From the NCBI GenBank assembly GCA_015061575.1, contig SUWF01000002.1, forward strand, positions 18,521 to 82,520: a stretch of 64,000 nucleotides of DNA, written 5' to 3'. Source of the DNA: Lentisphaerota bacterium (GTDB taxonomy: Bacteria > Verrucomicrobiota > Lentisphaeria > Victivallales > Victivallaceae). This document shows, piece after piece, positions 19,640 to 29,054 of this stretch; position 1 is the stretch's first letter; each line of letters begins with the position of its first letter. The notes under the pieces were generated by a model that was not told where the DNA came from, did not search any database, and saw only the letters and a list, made by a program, of their open reading frames with translations. A program made the position numbers and the translations under genes.

Positions 19640-19986
19640 AAAGTAATCTGATAAACCATAATACATATAAAACGGGGAACTGCAAAAACTCTTGGAATAA
19701 ATAGCAGCAAGTTTAAATTGATAATTTTAGTTTGCCCCTCCCAAAAACAGGTATTGCCTTGCGCTTTCAGCTTTGCTGAAATGCTCATGCTCCCCTTCGG
19801 GGTCGCCCCCCCCTGCGGGTTAGGTTCGTTTTTTGTTTACACAAAAATGTTGTATTGTGTTTTTTGCCAGGGATTGCGGGACAGATTTTAAGTTTTGCAA
19901 GGAGAGACCGTGAGAGTGGACAACTGTACCTGACCAGAGGCGTGACGCAGTAAGGCTCGAAATATGCCGCAATCACGGCAAAAAAA

Positions 19987-20061
19987 TGGCTCCGGCGCCT
20001 GGATTCGAACCAGGGACCAAGTGGTTAACAGCCACCTACTCTACCGCTGAGCTACGCCGGA
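19987..20061 (-). tRNA. tRNA-Asn (anticodon GTT)
   Basis: Manual cloverleaf: TCCGGCG acceptor, anticodon arm GGTGG-CTGTTAA-CCACT, T arm CCTGG-TTCGAAT-CCAGG, discriminator G, encoded CCA. Confidence 0.93.
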
Positions 20062-20238
20062 GCATGAATTGATCATCCTCAATGCCCTTTAATATAATGC
20101 AGTTTTAGGAAAAAGCAAATAAAAAAAGATTTTTATTGCTTATTTTTCCGGAAAATAATTGCATGTTTGAACTTTTTGTGGTATTTGTATAGAATGATTG
20201 TTTTTGGGTAAATGTTTGAGAAGTTCAGGAGAACTGTT

Positions 20239-20838
20239 ATGGAAAAGTTGGTTTGGATTGGTTTGCTTTTGTTGAGTGTTTGGCTGGTTCCGGCAGCAGA
20301 TCTGGTGACAGATGCCGGAAAAAAGTATGAAAATGTGGAAATCCGTAAAATTGCTGCCGGATGTGTGCAGATCCGGCATAAAGGCGGCGAAGCGACCATT
20401 GCTTTGGAAGAGCTGCCTGAAAACTTTATTGCTGCATTGAGCATCCGTCAGCGCTACGCTCTGCAAAGTCTGGTCGATATTAAAATGCCCGATGGCAAAG
20501 TTTATTATAAAACTTCGATCAAATCATTGGGCAGCGGTTTTGTTTTTATTACTCATTTGCATGGAAATGACAAGATCCCGTTCAAGGATCTGCCCCGTAA
20601 ATATCTGGCCACTTTTACCCGGCGGCAGCTGGAGGCGGTCAATAAGGTTCCGGAAAAGAAAAAAGCAAGTGCCGCCGCCGCTCCGGCTGACAGCAAAAAC
20701 GCTGCGGCAACTCCGGCAAGTGCTGCAGTTCAAGATGAAAAAACGGCCGATGGCCGCAAGATTTATACCGGTCCCCGCGGCGGTAAATACTATATAAATG
20801 ATGCCGGACGAAAAGTCTATTTGCGTAAGAATAAATAA
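20239..20838 (+). CDS. Secreted hypothetical protein with two copies of a small beta-rich repeat and a basic C-terminal GPRGGKYY motif
   Basis: ATG 7 nt after AGGAGA. Signal MEKLVWIGLLLLSVWLVPAA. Ala/Pro-rich linker, then TGPRGGKYYINDAGRKVYLRKNK. Confidence 0.6.
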   Translation: MEKLVWIGLLLLSVWLVPAADLVTDAGKKYENVEIRKIAAGCVQIRHKGGEATIALEELPENFIAALSIRQRYALQSLVDIKMPDGKVYYKTSIKSLGSGFVFITHLHGNDKIPFKDLPRKYLATFTRRQLEAVNKVPEKKKASAAAAPADSKNAAATPASAAVQDEKTADGRKIYTGPRGGKYYINDAGRKVYLRKNK

Positions 20839-20842
20839 CTTT

Positions 20843-21544
20843 TCAACGGCGGGCGATCACAAAAACTACTACTGATTCGGCTCCGGCTTGCAGCAAAGCT
20901 TCGGCGCAGGCGTGCAGCGTTGCTCCGGTGGTTAATACATCGTCCACCAGCAGTATCTTTTTGCCTTGGACTTGGGCTGGATTTTTGACCGCAAAAGCTC
21001 CTTGAAGATTTTTCAGCCGTTCCGCCCGGTTCAAGGTCGCTTGCCGGATGGTGGGCCGGGTGCGCTTTAAAAGATTCCGGTGCGGCTTCTGCAGCTGCCT
21101 GGCTAACATGCCGGCCAGCAGTTCGGATTGATTGTATGAGCGTTGGAGGTATCTTTGCCAATGCAGAGGTACCGGCACAATAACATCGGTTTCGGCAAAA
21201 TCCGGTGCAAAAAGCAGCGGCGCCGCCAATTCAGCCAATGATCTGGCCATGACGGTTTGCCCGAAAAATTTCAACGAATAGACGGCTTTTTCGGCCAAGC
21301 CGGTCATTTTCATTACCGCCATGGCATTTTTCCAGGGCCGCGGCGGCATTTTCAGGCAATCGGCGCATAAATCAAAGATGCCGTCGAGTTCGCCGCCGCA
21401 TCCGGGGCAGCGCTGACCATGCAGCAGCGGAAGTTTTTCCAGACAGTCTGCACAGAAGCTGTTGAATGAGTGCGTGTGCTGATTATCGCAGTCGCAAAGC
21501 GGGCAGGGGAACTCCAGCAGAAAATTGACCAAGCGCTTGAACAT
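20843..21544 (-). CDS. comFC: ComF-family protein (phosphoribosyltransferase domain with N-terminal zinc-ribbon)
   Basis: CPLCDC...CADC...CPGCGG cysteine pairs, and the PRTase motif ILLVDDVLTTGATL. Confidence 0.85.
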   Translation of the reverse strand: MFKRLVNFLLEFPCPLCDCDNQHTHSFNSFCADCLEKLPLLHGQRCPGCGGELDGIFDLCADCLKMPPRPWKNAMAVMKMTGLAEKAVYSLKFFGQTVMARSLAELAAPLLFAPDFAETDVIVPVPLHWQRYLQRSYNQSELLAGMLARQLQKPHRNLLKRTRPTIRQATLNRAERLKNLQGAFAVKNPAQVQGKKILLVDDVLTTGATLHACAEALLQAGAESVVVFVIARR

Positions 21545-21567
21545 ATTAAAAAATCACCTCGGCAATT

Positions 21568-21604
21568 GAAAAACAAAAGCCCATCCGGAAAAATGGACGG
21601 GCTT
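21568..21604 (-). terminator. Rho-independent terminator after the small basic-protein gene
   Basis: On the minus strand: AAGCCCGTCC-loop-GGATGGGCTT followed by TTGTTTTT. Confidence 0.6.
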
Positions 21605-21666
21605 GTGTCGTTGTCAACCCCGAAAAACATTTTTCACGGAATTGACCGGTCAAACGTCAAGTGCGA

Positions 21667-21777
21667 TTACTTGCGCTTGGCACCGCTCTTGATCAGAGCA
21701 GCCACGCGGGCTTTGCAGCGGGCGAGGTAGGCTTTGCGGCGACGACGTTTGATGATCTTGTTGTGTTGCTGACCCAT
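21667..21777 (-). CDS. 36-aa highly basic protein, possibly a bS22/AURKAIP1-like small ribosomal protein
   Basis: MGQQHNKIIKRRRRKAYLARCKARVAALIKSGAKRK. It has its own terminator. The longer 76-aa ORF-track version is AT-rich upstream read-through. Confidence 0.5.
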   Translation of the reverse strand: MGQQHNKIIKRRRRKAYLARCKARVAALIKSGAKRK

Positions 21778-21987
21778 GATGAACCAACTTTCAGTTTTGT
21801 TTATTTTTACCGTTTTTACGATTGTTTGCGTATTTACATTTTTATAATGTAGCCCAGTTAACGTTTTTTTCAAATAAAAGTTGCAAGATTCCTGCAAAAA
21901 AATTTTCTTTTTTGCAAAAAAGGGCTAAATTTACATTGCAACAAACGTATAAATACACTTGAAAAGCTTAAAAAACAGGTGCAGATT

Positions 21988-24900
21988 ATGAATTATAAGA
22001 AAATTTTAGGCGTTTTTTTGCCGGCATTACTTTTGTGTTCCTGTGTAAAGTGGTCGGAAAATCCGCCCGTACCGCCGGAAAAAGTTACTTCAAACGCAGA
22101 ACAAAAATCAATTCCGGCGGCAGTTCAGAGCGATCCGGCGGCCCGTTGGCGGAATTTGGATCTGAAAAAATATCCCAATGCCAACATTTTGAATCTGGAC
22201 AGTATCGAACGGATCAGCTTCAACAGCGATGCAACCTATACCAGTAATTGTGAAGAATGGATCCTGCTGATTAATGAAAAAGGTCGGAAAGACTATCAGA
22301 CTTATCATTTGTTTTTTAACGAATTTTATAACAAAGTTCCGGAATTCAGCTGCGAAATCATCAAGCCGGACGGTCGGGTGGTCAAACCCAAATTGCAAAA
22401 AAATATTACCAGCGATCAAGACCAGATGAAGAGTAATATTTATGATCCATCCAATAAATATTTGAATGTGGGGATCCCGGATCTGGAAGTTGGCGATATT
22501 TTACACATTACCAGTTGCAATAAGTACATCCGCCCCCGGATGAAAGATATATGGTGTGATATATCACTGCTGCAGGAGAGTGAACCGATCCTGCACCGGG
22601 TCTGCGAAATATCTGCTCCGGAAAAATCCCCCCTGCGCAGCATTGTTGTAAAGGATGAAGTCAAAGGCACTTTGCAGCAGAGTCAGAGCCGCCGCAACGG
22701 CCGGATAATTTACCGCTTTGAAGTAAAGGATGTGCCGCAGCTGATGGCGGAACGATATATGCCGCCGCCTTATTTGCACTCCATGCGGGTGTTGAGCAGT
22801 ACCGCTCCGGACTGGGAAACGATTTCGCGCTGGTATTATAATTTGTGCGAGCCGCGCTTGCAGGCGGTGTCGCCGGAGCTGACTGCTCATGCCCGGAAAC
22901 TTGTTAAGAACCAAAGCGGTCTGGCGGCGGTGCGCAAGGTGTTTGATTTTGTAGCTAAAGAGATCCGCTATACCGGCGTAACCAACGAAGATACTGCTCC
23001 CGGTTACGAACCGCATGATGTAAAAGATACTTTTGCGCAGCGTCACGGCGTCTGCCGCGACAAGGCTGCTTTGCTGACAGCCATGTTACGGGAAGCTGGA
23101 TTCGATGCGTTTATGGTGTTGTTTATGGCGGGCGATCCCAAAGATCCGGAAGTGCCCAATAACTACTTCAATCATGCCATAACCGGAGTGAAAATGCCGG
23201 ATGGCAAGCTTATATTGATGGACTCCACGGACGAAAACACCTTTGATCTGCTGCCGGCTTACGCCATGGATAAAAGCTTTTTGTGCGCTACTGCCCAGGG
23301 GGATACTTTGCGGCGCACGCCGGTGATCCCGCCGGAAAAAAATATGCTGGTCATCCGCACTGTTGGCGATATTGACTCACAGTATCAGCTCAAGCTGAAA
23401 AGCGAGCTGACTTTCCGGGGCTTTAATGATAATATTTACCGGGATGCCTTTGCCCGTTGGAATCCGGAATACCGGCGGCAGTTCGTTACCTCAGTACTCA
23501 AAAGCATATTGCCGGGCGCCGAGCTGTTGAAAATGCAGCTGCAGCCGGAAAATGTGCGGGATCTCAGCAGGGAATTGAAGTTGATCATTGAGTGCAAAGT
23601 TGCTGATTATGTTGATATAGCATGGGGGGCGGGATGCCTGCGGATGCCATTTTTCAATAATGGTTTCGGCGCATTGATTTTTATGCTTGATGACCGGCTG
23701 CTCAAGACCCGGCGGTATCCGCTGCTGCTGGAGTCCACTGCCGGTGTGGATGAAATTTGTTCCATAACGTTGCCGCCGGAATTGGAGGTGCTGGCGCTGC
23801 CGGAATATAAGAATGTGGATAATAAATTTTTGCAGATAAAAAACAGTGTTGTAACGCAAAAAAATCAACTGCAATGCAAGCGCTATATCACTCTCAAAAA
23901 AGTGCTGGTTCCGGCAGCTGAGTATCCGCAGTTCCGCCGTTCGGTGCTGGATTTGAGATTGGCAGATAATAACCGGGTGGTCGTTAAGCGCTGTTTTGCC
24001 GGCAGCGATGTGAAGTTTCCGGAAGCTGATTCGATCCTGGAATCTTCGCACTCGCAGGTGACAGTGAAAAATGCTCAGGAATGTCTGGTCGATACGCAGC
24101 GGAAAATCAAGGTTTTGACCTATGGCGGAGTAAAAAAATATTCTGAAATAACCATCCCGTTTTATCCGGGTATATCGGATGCGGAGTTTGTTGAAGGCTG
24201 GGTTACTGCTCCTGACGGCCAAAAAGTCAAGGTCGATTTGAACACCATTCAGATCATGGATAGCGGCAACTCTGAGGCGGCACCCCGTTATCCGGTGGGT
24301 AAAAAAATAATAGTTCCGATGCCGGGAGTCAAAATCGGCAGTACCATTGAGTGTCGCTGGCGGGTCCACTATCGTGGAAATCCATTGGAAGTTATGAAGA
24401 CTTTTTATGAAAAAATGCCCGTCCGGCAGAGTTCTATTGTGTTTGATTGTCCGCAGGATTTGAGCAGAAAACTGCAGATGGTTTTACCGGAAGCCGGGTT
24501 CGATATTGTAAGGATGAACAAGGATGACCGGCTGATCGTCAAAGTAAACGGCCGTGATCTGCCGATGATGCCTGATGAGCCGGGGACCCCGCCTGCGGAG
24601 ATTTTTGCGCCGGTGGCCGGAATAAGCTTCTTTGATCCCGCCACTTGCAGTGAGCAACTGCGCAATGCTTTGCTGAAAGCTGCTGCCAATGCGCCGTTAA
24701 GTCAGCTTTTGGCGCAGAAACTTTGCGGGAAAATTCCCGATATGGCCGGCAAGATCAAGGCAATTCGTGATTATGTGGCCAAAAATATCCGGCTGGCCGG
24801 GCCGGAAATGAATGTGCTGGGGATCAGGTATATTACTCCGGCGGATGTTACTTTGCAGGAGAATTACGGCAACAGCCTTGATCGGGCAGTTTTGCTTTAT

Positions 24901-25809
24901 GCCATGCTCAAGGCCGTTGGAGTGAAGGATATAAAAATATTGCTGGCGTCGAAGGTTCCCAATATCCCGGAATTGAAAGATTTTTTCTGCCGCTTGCCCC
25001 AAAATGTCTTCAATACGGTTCTGCTGATGTGCAAAGTCGGCGAACGGGAGTTGTTTTTGAACGACAGCAGTGAGTATGCTCCGCTGGAGTACAGTTCGCA
25101 CAATATGTGCATGGCATTGAACAGCGCCAACGGCGAGTTGGTGACTGTTTGCAATGAGCAGGGCTTCAACAGCGGCAGCCGTGATGAATGGGTGATCAGG
25201 ATGCTGCCGGGCGGCAGTGCAGAGTTTTGCCGTACTGTAAGTTATTACGGCGGAAAATTTGCCGGATTCAACGAATTTTTTGCCAACATTACCCCTGAAG
25301 ATGAACGCAAATTCTGGGAACAGCAATTTTCCGGTGTGTTGGCTGGTGCGGAGATGCTGGATAAGTCCCGGGATTTCAAGCTCTATCCCGGGCAGTTGGT
25401 AATGAAGTTTATTGTGCCGGAGTTCTGGAAAAAAAGCGGCGATTATGTGTCGTTTGTATTGCCGGATGCCGGAGTGGCATCTTTGGTGCGCACTGCCGGT
25501 AAACGCACACTGCCGTATTGGTTCTTTCCGCAGAATCAGCTGGAAGTCAAATACAGCGTGGAATTGCCGGATAACTGGCAGCAGTGCGAGCTTGATGGCG
25601 CTCAATTCAAGTTTGAGCTGCCCGGTAATTACGGAAAAGTTGAACAAAAAGTGAAGATGTCTGCAGGGGTGCTGCAGCTGGAGTTTACGGCTGATTTGGC
25701 CAGCGCTGTTTATGTACCCGTACAAGCCTACGGTGAGCTGGAAGCGCTGCAAAAAAAGCTCGCTGATCCGGCCAGTAGAACGTTTTTGTTCAAAAGTACT
25801 GGCAAATAA
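21988..25809 (+). CDS. Lipoprotein with two tandem DUF3857 / transglutaminase-like / DUF3858-type modules
   Basis: MNYKKILGVFLPALLLCSC lipobox-like signal. First module has the transglutaminase core RHGVCRDKAALLTAMLREAGFDAFMV. The second has the equivalent YGNSLDRAVLLYAMLKAVGVKD without the Cys. Confidence 0.7.
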   Translation: MNYKKILGVFLPALLLCSCVKWSENPPVPPEKVTSNAEQKSIPAAVQSDPAARWRNLDLKKYPNANILNLDSIERISFNSDATYTSNCEEWILLINEKGRKDYQTYHLFFNEFYNKVPEFSCEIIKPDGRVVKPKLQKNITSDQDQMKSNIYDPSNKYLNVGIPDLEVGDILHITSCNKYIRPRMKDIWCDISLLQESEPILHRVCEISAPEKSPLRSIVVKDEVKGTLQQSQSRRNGRIIYRFEVKDVPQLMAERYMPPPYLHSMRVLSSTAPDWETISRWYYNLCEPRLQAVSPELTAHARKLVKNQSGLAAVRKVFDFVAKEIRYTGVTNEDTAPGYEPHDVKDTFAQRHGVCRDKAALLTAMLREAGFDAFMVLFMAGDPKDPEVPNNYFNHAITGVKMPDGKLILMDSTDENTFDLLPAYAMDKSFLCATAQGDTLRRTPVIPPEKNMLVIRTVGDIDSQYQLKLKSELTFRGFNDNIYRDAFARWNPEYRRQFVTSVLKSILPGAELLKMQLQPENVRDLSRELKLIIECKVADYVDIAWGAGCLRMPFFNNGFGALIFMLDDRLLKTRRYPLLLESTAGVDEICSITLPPELEVLALPEYKNVDNKFLQIKNSVVTQKNQLQCKRYITLKKVLVPAAEYPQFRRSVLDLRLADNNRVVVKRCFAGSDVKFPEADSILESSHSQVTVKNAQECLVDTQRKIKVLTYGGVKKYSEITIPFYPGISDAEFVEGWVTAPDGQKVKVDLNTIQIMDSGNSEAAPRYPVGKKIIVPMPGVKIGSTIECRWRVHYRGNPLEVMKTFYEKMPVRQSSIVFDCPQDLSRKLQMVLPEAGFDIVRMNKDDRLIVKVNGRDLPMMPDEPGTPPAEIFAPVAGISFFDPATCSEQLRNALLKAAANAPLSQLLAQKLCGKIPDMAGKIKAIRDYVAKNIRLAGPEMNVLGIRYITPADVTLQENYGNSLDRAVLLYAMLKAVGVKDIKILLASKVPNIPELKDFFCRLPQNVFNTVLLMCKVGERELFLNDSSEYAPLEYSSHNMCMALNSANGELVTVCNEQGFNSGSRDEWVIRMLPGGSAEFCRTVSYYGGKFAGFNEFFANITPEDERKFWEQQFSGVLAGAEMLDKSRDFKLYPGQLVMKFIVPEFWKKSGDYVSFVLPDAGVASLVRTAGKRTLPYWFFPQNQLEVKYSVELPDNWQQCELDGAQFKFELPGNYGKVEQKVKMSAGVLQLEFTADLASAVYVPVQAYGELEALQKKLADPASRTFLFKSTGK

Positions 25810-25906
25810 CCACTTGGTGTGCTATATTAATATAGAGGTTATTTTAAATAATATTAAGAATGCAAAGTATTTTTAACTTTTACAATATGGAGTTTGATTG
25901 ATAACC

Positions 25907-28900
25907 ATGTTCAAACCGGTTGATAATCAAGTGTCATTGCCGAAGCTTGAAGAAGAGGTCCTCAAGTTCTGGCAGGAATCCGGCAGTTTTGCCAAATCGC
26001 TCAAACAGCGTGAAAATTGCGAAGAATATGTATTTTATGACGGCCCTCCGTTCGCTACGGGTATGCCGCACTACGGACATTTGCTGGCCGGTACGATCAA
26101 AGACGTGGTTCCGCGCTATCAGACCATGCGGGGCAAATTTGTCCGCCGTACCTTCGGCTGGGACTGCCACGGGCTGCCGGTCGAAAATGAAATGGAAAAA
26201 ATTCTGGCTTTGAACAACAAAAAAGCCATCGAAGAATACGGTATCGACAAGTTCAACGAAGCTTGCCGCTCCATCGTGCTGCGTTACACCAACGAGTGGG
26301 AACAGGTGGTCAACCGCATGGGCCGCTGGGTGGATTTCCGCAACGGCTACCGCACCATGGATCGCGATTACATGGAGTCGATCTGGTGGGTGTTCAAAAG
26401 CTTGTGGGATAAAGGCTTGATTTACGAAGGCTACAAGATCCTGCCCTATTGCCCCCGCTGCGCCACGCCGCTGTCGAACTTTGAAGCCAATCAGGGCTAT
26501 ATGGAAGTGGTCGATCCGGCTATCACCATCCGCTTTAAGAGTCTGGAAGAAGAAAACACCTACTTCGTAGCCTGGACCACGACTCCGTGGACGCTCCCGA
26601 GCAACCTGGCACTGGCAGTCGGCCCGGCGATCGATTATGTAAAAATCAAAGACGGCGATGAATTTTATATCATGGCCGAAGCCCGTTTGCATGCATATTA
26701 CAAAAATGATGTGCCGGCAATCGTGGAACGCTGTAAAGGCAGCGATTTGGCAGGCAAAACCTACGAACCGCTGTTCAATTACTTTGCTGATCTGCGCAAA
26801 GATGGAGCTTTCCAGGTGCTGGCGGCTGATTATGTCAGTACTGAAGATGGTTCGGGTATCGTGCATATCGCTCCGGGCTTCGGGGAAGATGACGCTGCGG
26901 TGTGCCATGCTGCCGGTTTGCCGGAAGTGTGCCCGATCGATGAACAGTGCTGCTTTACAGCGGAAGTGCCGGATTATCAGGGCCGCTATGTAAAAGATGT
27001 GGATAACGAAGTCATTGCCCGCTTGAAAGCCGAGGGCAAACTTATCCACCGTGGTACCATCAAGCACAATTACCCGCATTGCTGGCGTGACGATCACCCG
27101 CTGATTTACCGGGCGATTTCCACCTGGTTTGTCAAGATCGATGAGATCAAGCCCAAGATGATCGCTGCCAATAAGCATATATCATGGTTCCCGGAACACC
27201 TCAAAGAAGGCCGTTTCGGCAAGTGGTTGGAAAATGCCCGTGACTGGGCCATCAGCCGCAACCGCTATTGGGGTACTCCGCTGCCGGTCTGGCGCAATGA
27301 AGAAGGCGAAGTTATCTGCGTAGGCAGTGCCGCTGAATTGGAACAGCTTACCGGTCAGAAGGTCGATGACCTGCACAAGCATTTTATTGATAAGCTGGAA
27401 ATTCCGTCCCCCACCGGCAAAAGCCCGCTCAAGCGGATCCCGGAAGTGCTGGACTGCTGGTTTGAATCCGGCTCCATGCCCTACGCTCAGCAGCATTATC
27501 CGTTTGAAAATAAGGAACATTTTGAAGCCAACTATCCGGCAGACTTTATTGCCGAAGGTCTTGACCAGACCCGCGGCTGGTTCTATACGCTGGTGGTGCT
27601 GGGGGCGGCCCTCTTTAATAAACCGCCCTACAAGCATGTGATCGTCAACGGTTTGATCCTGGCCGAAAACGGTCAGAAGATGTCCAAGCGTTTAAAGAAC
27701 TATCCCGACCCGCTGGATGTGGTCAACAAGTATGGCGCAGACGCTCTGCGTCTGTTCATGCTCGGCAGTCAGGTGGTTCACGCCGAAGACCTCAAGTTTT
27801 CGGAAAACGGCATCAAAGAAGTGTTGCGCAATGTGATGATCCCCATGTGGAACGCCTACAGCTTCTTTGTTACTTACGCCAATGTTGACGGTTATGAACC
27901 GCAGGCCGGAGTGCCGCGCCCGCAGAATCTGAGCAATGCGCTTGACCGCTGGATCCTCAGCAGCTGCACGCAGATGGTCGAAGAACTCCGCACTGAGCTG
28001 GATAATTACAATCTGCAGCGGGCGGCCAACCGCTTTGCCCGTTTTGTGGATGACTTGACCAATTGGTACATCCGCCGCAGCCGCCGCCGCTTCTGGAAAA
28101 GCACGGACGATACGGATAAGCAGGAAGCGTATGCTACTTTGCACTATGTATTGATCGAATTCTGCAAGGCGGCCGCTCCGTTTATTCCGTTTACCACCGA
28201 AGCTATCTACGGCAATTTGCGTACAGTTGACATGCCGGAATCGGTACATTGCTGCGACTATCCGGAACCGGATGCCGCCAGCCGTGACGAAAAACTGGAA
28301 CGGCAGATGATGTTGACCATGACTGCGGTCAAGCTGGGCCGCTTCCTGCGTACTCAGCATAATCTGAAAGTTCGTCAGCCGCTGAGCCGGGCCGTGCTGC
28401 TGGCTCCGGATGCCGAAGGTGCTGAACTTATGCGGGGAACTATGGATATTGTCGGCGAAGAACTCAACGTCAAGGCTATTGAATTCGGTACCGATGAAGA
28501 TGCTCTGGTGACCCGTTCGGCCAAGGCCAACTTCAAGGTGATGGGCAAAAAACTGGGCAAGAATATGAAAGAAGCCGCTGCGCTGGTAGAACAACTCGAC
28601 TCCGCAACCATCGGTGCCATCCTCAATGGCAACAGCAGCACTTTGCTGCTGGCTGACGGCAGCGAATTTGCTTTGAGCGCCGAAGATTTGATCGTGCAGC
28701 GCAGCGAAAAGGCCGGTTTGGTCGTCGCTACCGAAAACGGCGTGACCATTGCGCTGGATACGGCATTGACTCCGGAACTGGAAGCTGAAGGTCTGGCCCG
28801 GGAAATCGTCAGCAAAGTGCAGAATCTGCGCAAGGAAAACGGTTTGGAAGTAACCGACCGGATCAAGCTGACCGTTGCCGGTGATGCGGAAGTTGCTGCC

Positions 28901-29026
28901 GCTGCCGAAAGCTATGCAGATTATATCAAAAATGAAGTTCTGGCTGTGGAAATGAGTGTTGAAGCCGGCAGCGGTGATGTGGAACTCAATGGTCACATGG
29001 CCGGTATTACCGTGACCCGGGCGTAA
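25907..29026 (+). CDS. ileS: Isoleucine--tRNA ligase, type 2 (eukaryote-like)
   Basis: PPFATGMPHYGHLL (HIGH) and KMSKRLKN (KMSKS). About 1040 aa, with a Cys-free C-terminal domain. Confidence 0.93.
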   Translation: MFKPVDNQVSLPKLEEEVLKFWQESGSFAKSLKQRENCEEYVFYDGPPFATGMPHYGHLLAGTIKDVVPRYQTMRGKFVRRTFGWDCHGLPVENEMEKILALNNKKAIEEYGIDKFNEACRSIVLRYTNEWEQVVNRMGRWVDFRNGYRTMDRDYMESIWWVFKSLWDKGLIYEGYKILPYCPRCATPLSNFEANQGYMEVVDPAITIRFKSLEEENTYFVAWTTTPWTLPSNLALAVGPAIDYVKIKDGDEFYIMAEARLHAYYKNDVPAIVERCKGSDLAGKTYEPLFNYFADLRKDGAFQVLAADYVSTEDGSGIVHIAPGFGEDDAAVCHAAGLPEVCPIDEQCCFTAEVPDYQGRYVKDVDNEVIARLKAEGKLIHRGTIKHNYPHCWRDDHPLIYRAISTWFVKIDEIKPKMIAANKHISWFPEHLKEGRFGKWLENARDWAISRNRYWGTPLPVWRNEEGEVICVGSAAELEQLTGQKVDDLHKHFIDKLEIPSPTGKSPLKRIPEVLDCWFESGSMPYAQQHYPFENKEHFEANYPADFIAEGLDQTRGWFYTLVVLGAALFNKPPYKHVIVNGLILAENGQKMSKRLKNYPDPLDVVNKYGADALRLFMLGSQVVHAEDLKFSENGIKEVLRNVMIPMWNAYSFFVTYANVDGYEPQAGVPRPQNLSNALDRWILSSCTQMVEELRTELDNYNLQRAANRFARFVDDLTNWYIRRSRRRFWKSTDDTDKQEAYATLHYVLIEFCKAAAPFIPFTTEAIYGNLRTVDMPESVHCCDYPEPDAASRDEKLERQMMLTMTAVKLGRFLRTQHNLKVRQPLSRAVLLAPDAEGAELMRGTMDIVGEELNVKAIEFGTDEDALVTRSAKANFKVMGKKLGKNMKEAAALVEQLDSATIGAILNGNSSTLLLADGSEFALSAEDLIVQRSEKAGLVVATENGVTIALDTALTPELEAEGLAREIVSKVQNLRKENGLEVTDRIKLTVAGDAEVAAAAESYADYIKNEVLAVEMSVEAGSGDVELNGHMAGITVTRA

Positions 29027-29054
29027 CAGCAATGGCAAAACAGGAGTATCAGGG

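Noticed and set aside
19640-19986. RNase P RNA, SRP RNA, tmRNA or 6S RNA in the tRNA-Asn-proximal spacer.
   Set aside because: I could not find GGAAAGTCCGGGC or ACAGAACCCGGCTTA (RNase P). I found no GGAA-tetraloop helix 8 with the AGG/AGCA loops (only a partial AGCA resemblance on the minus strand). I found no tRNA-like tmRNA ends either. It is kept only as a low-interest candidate.
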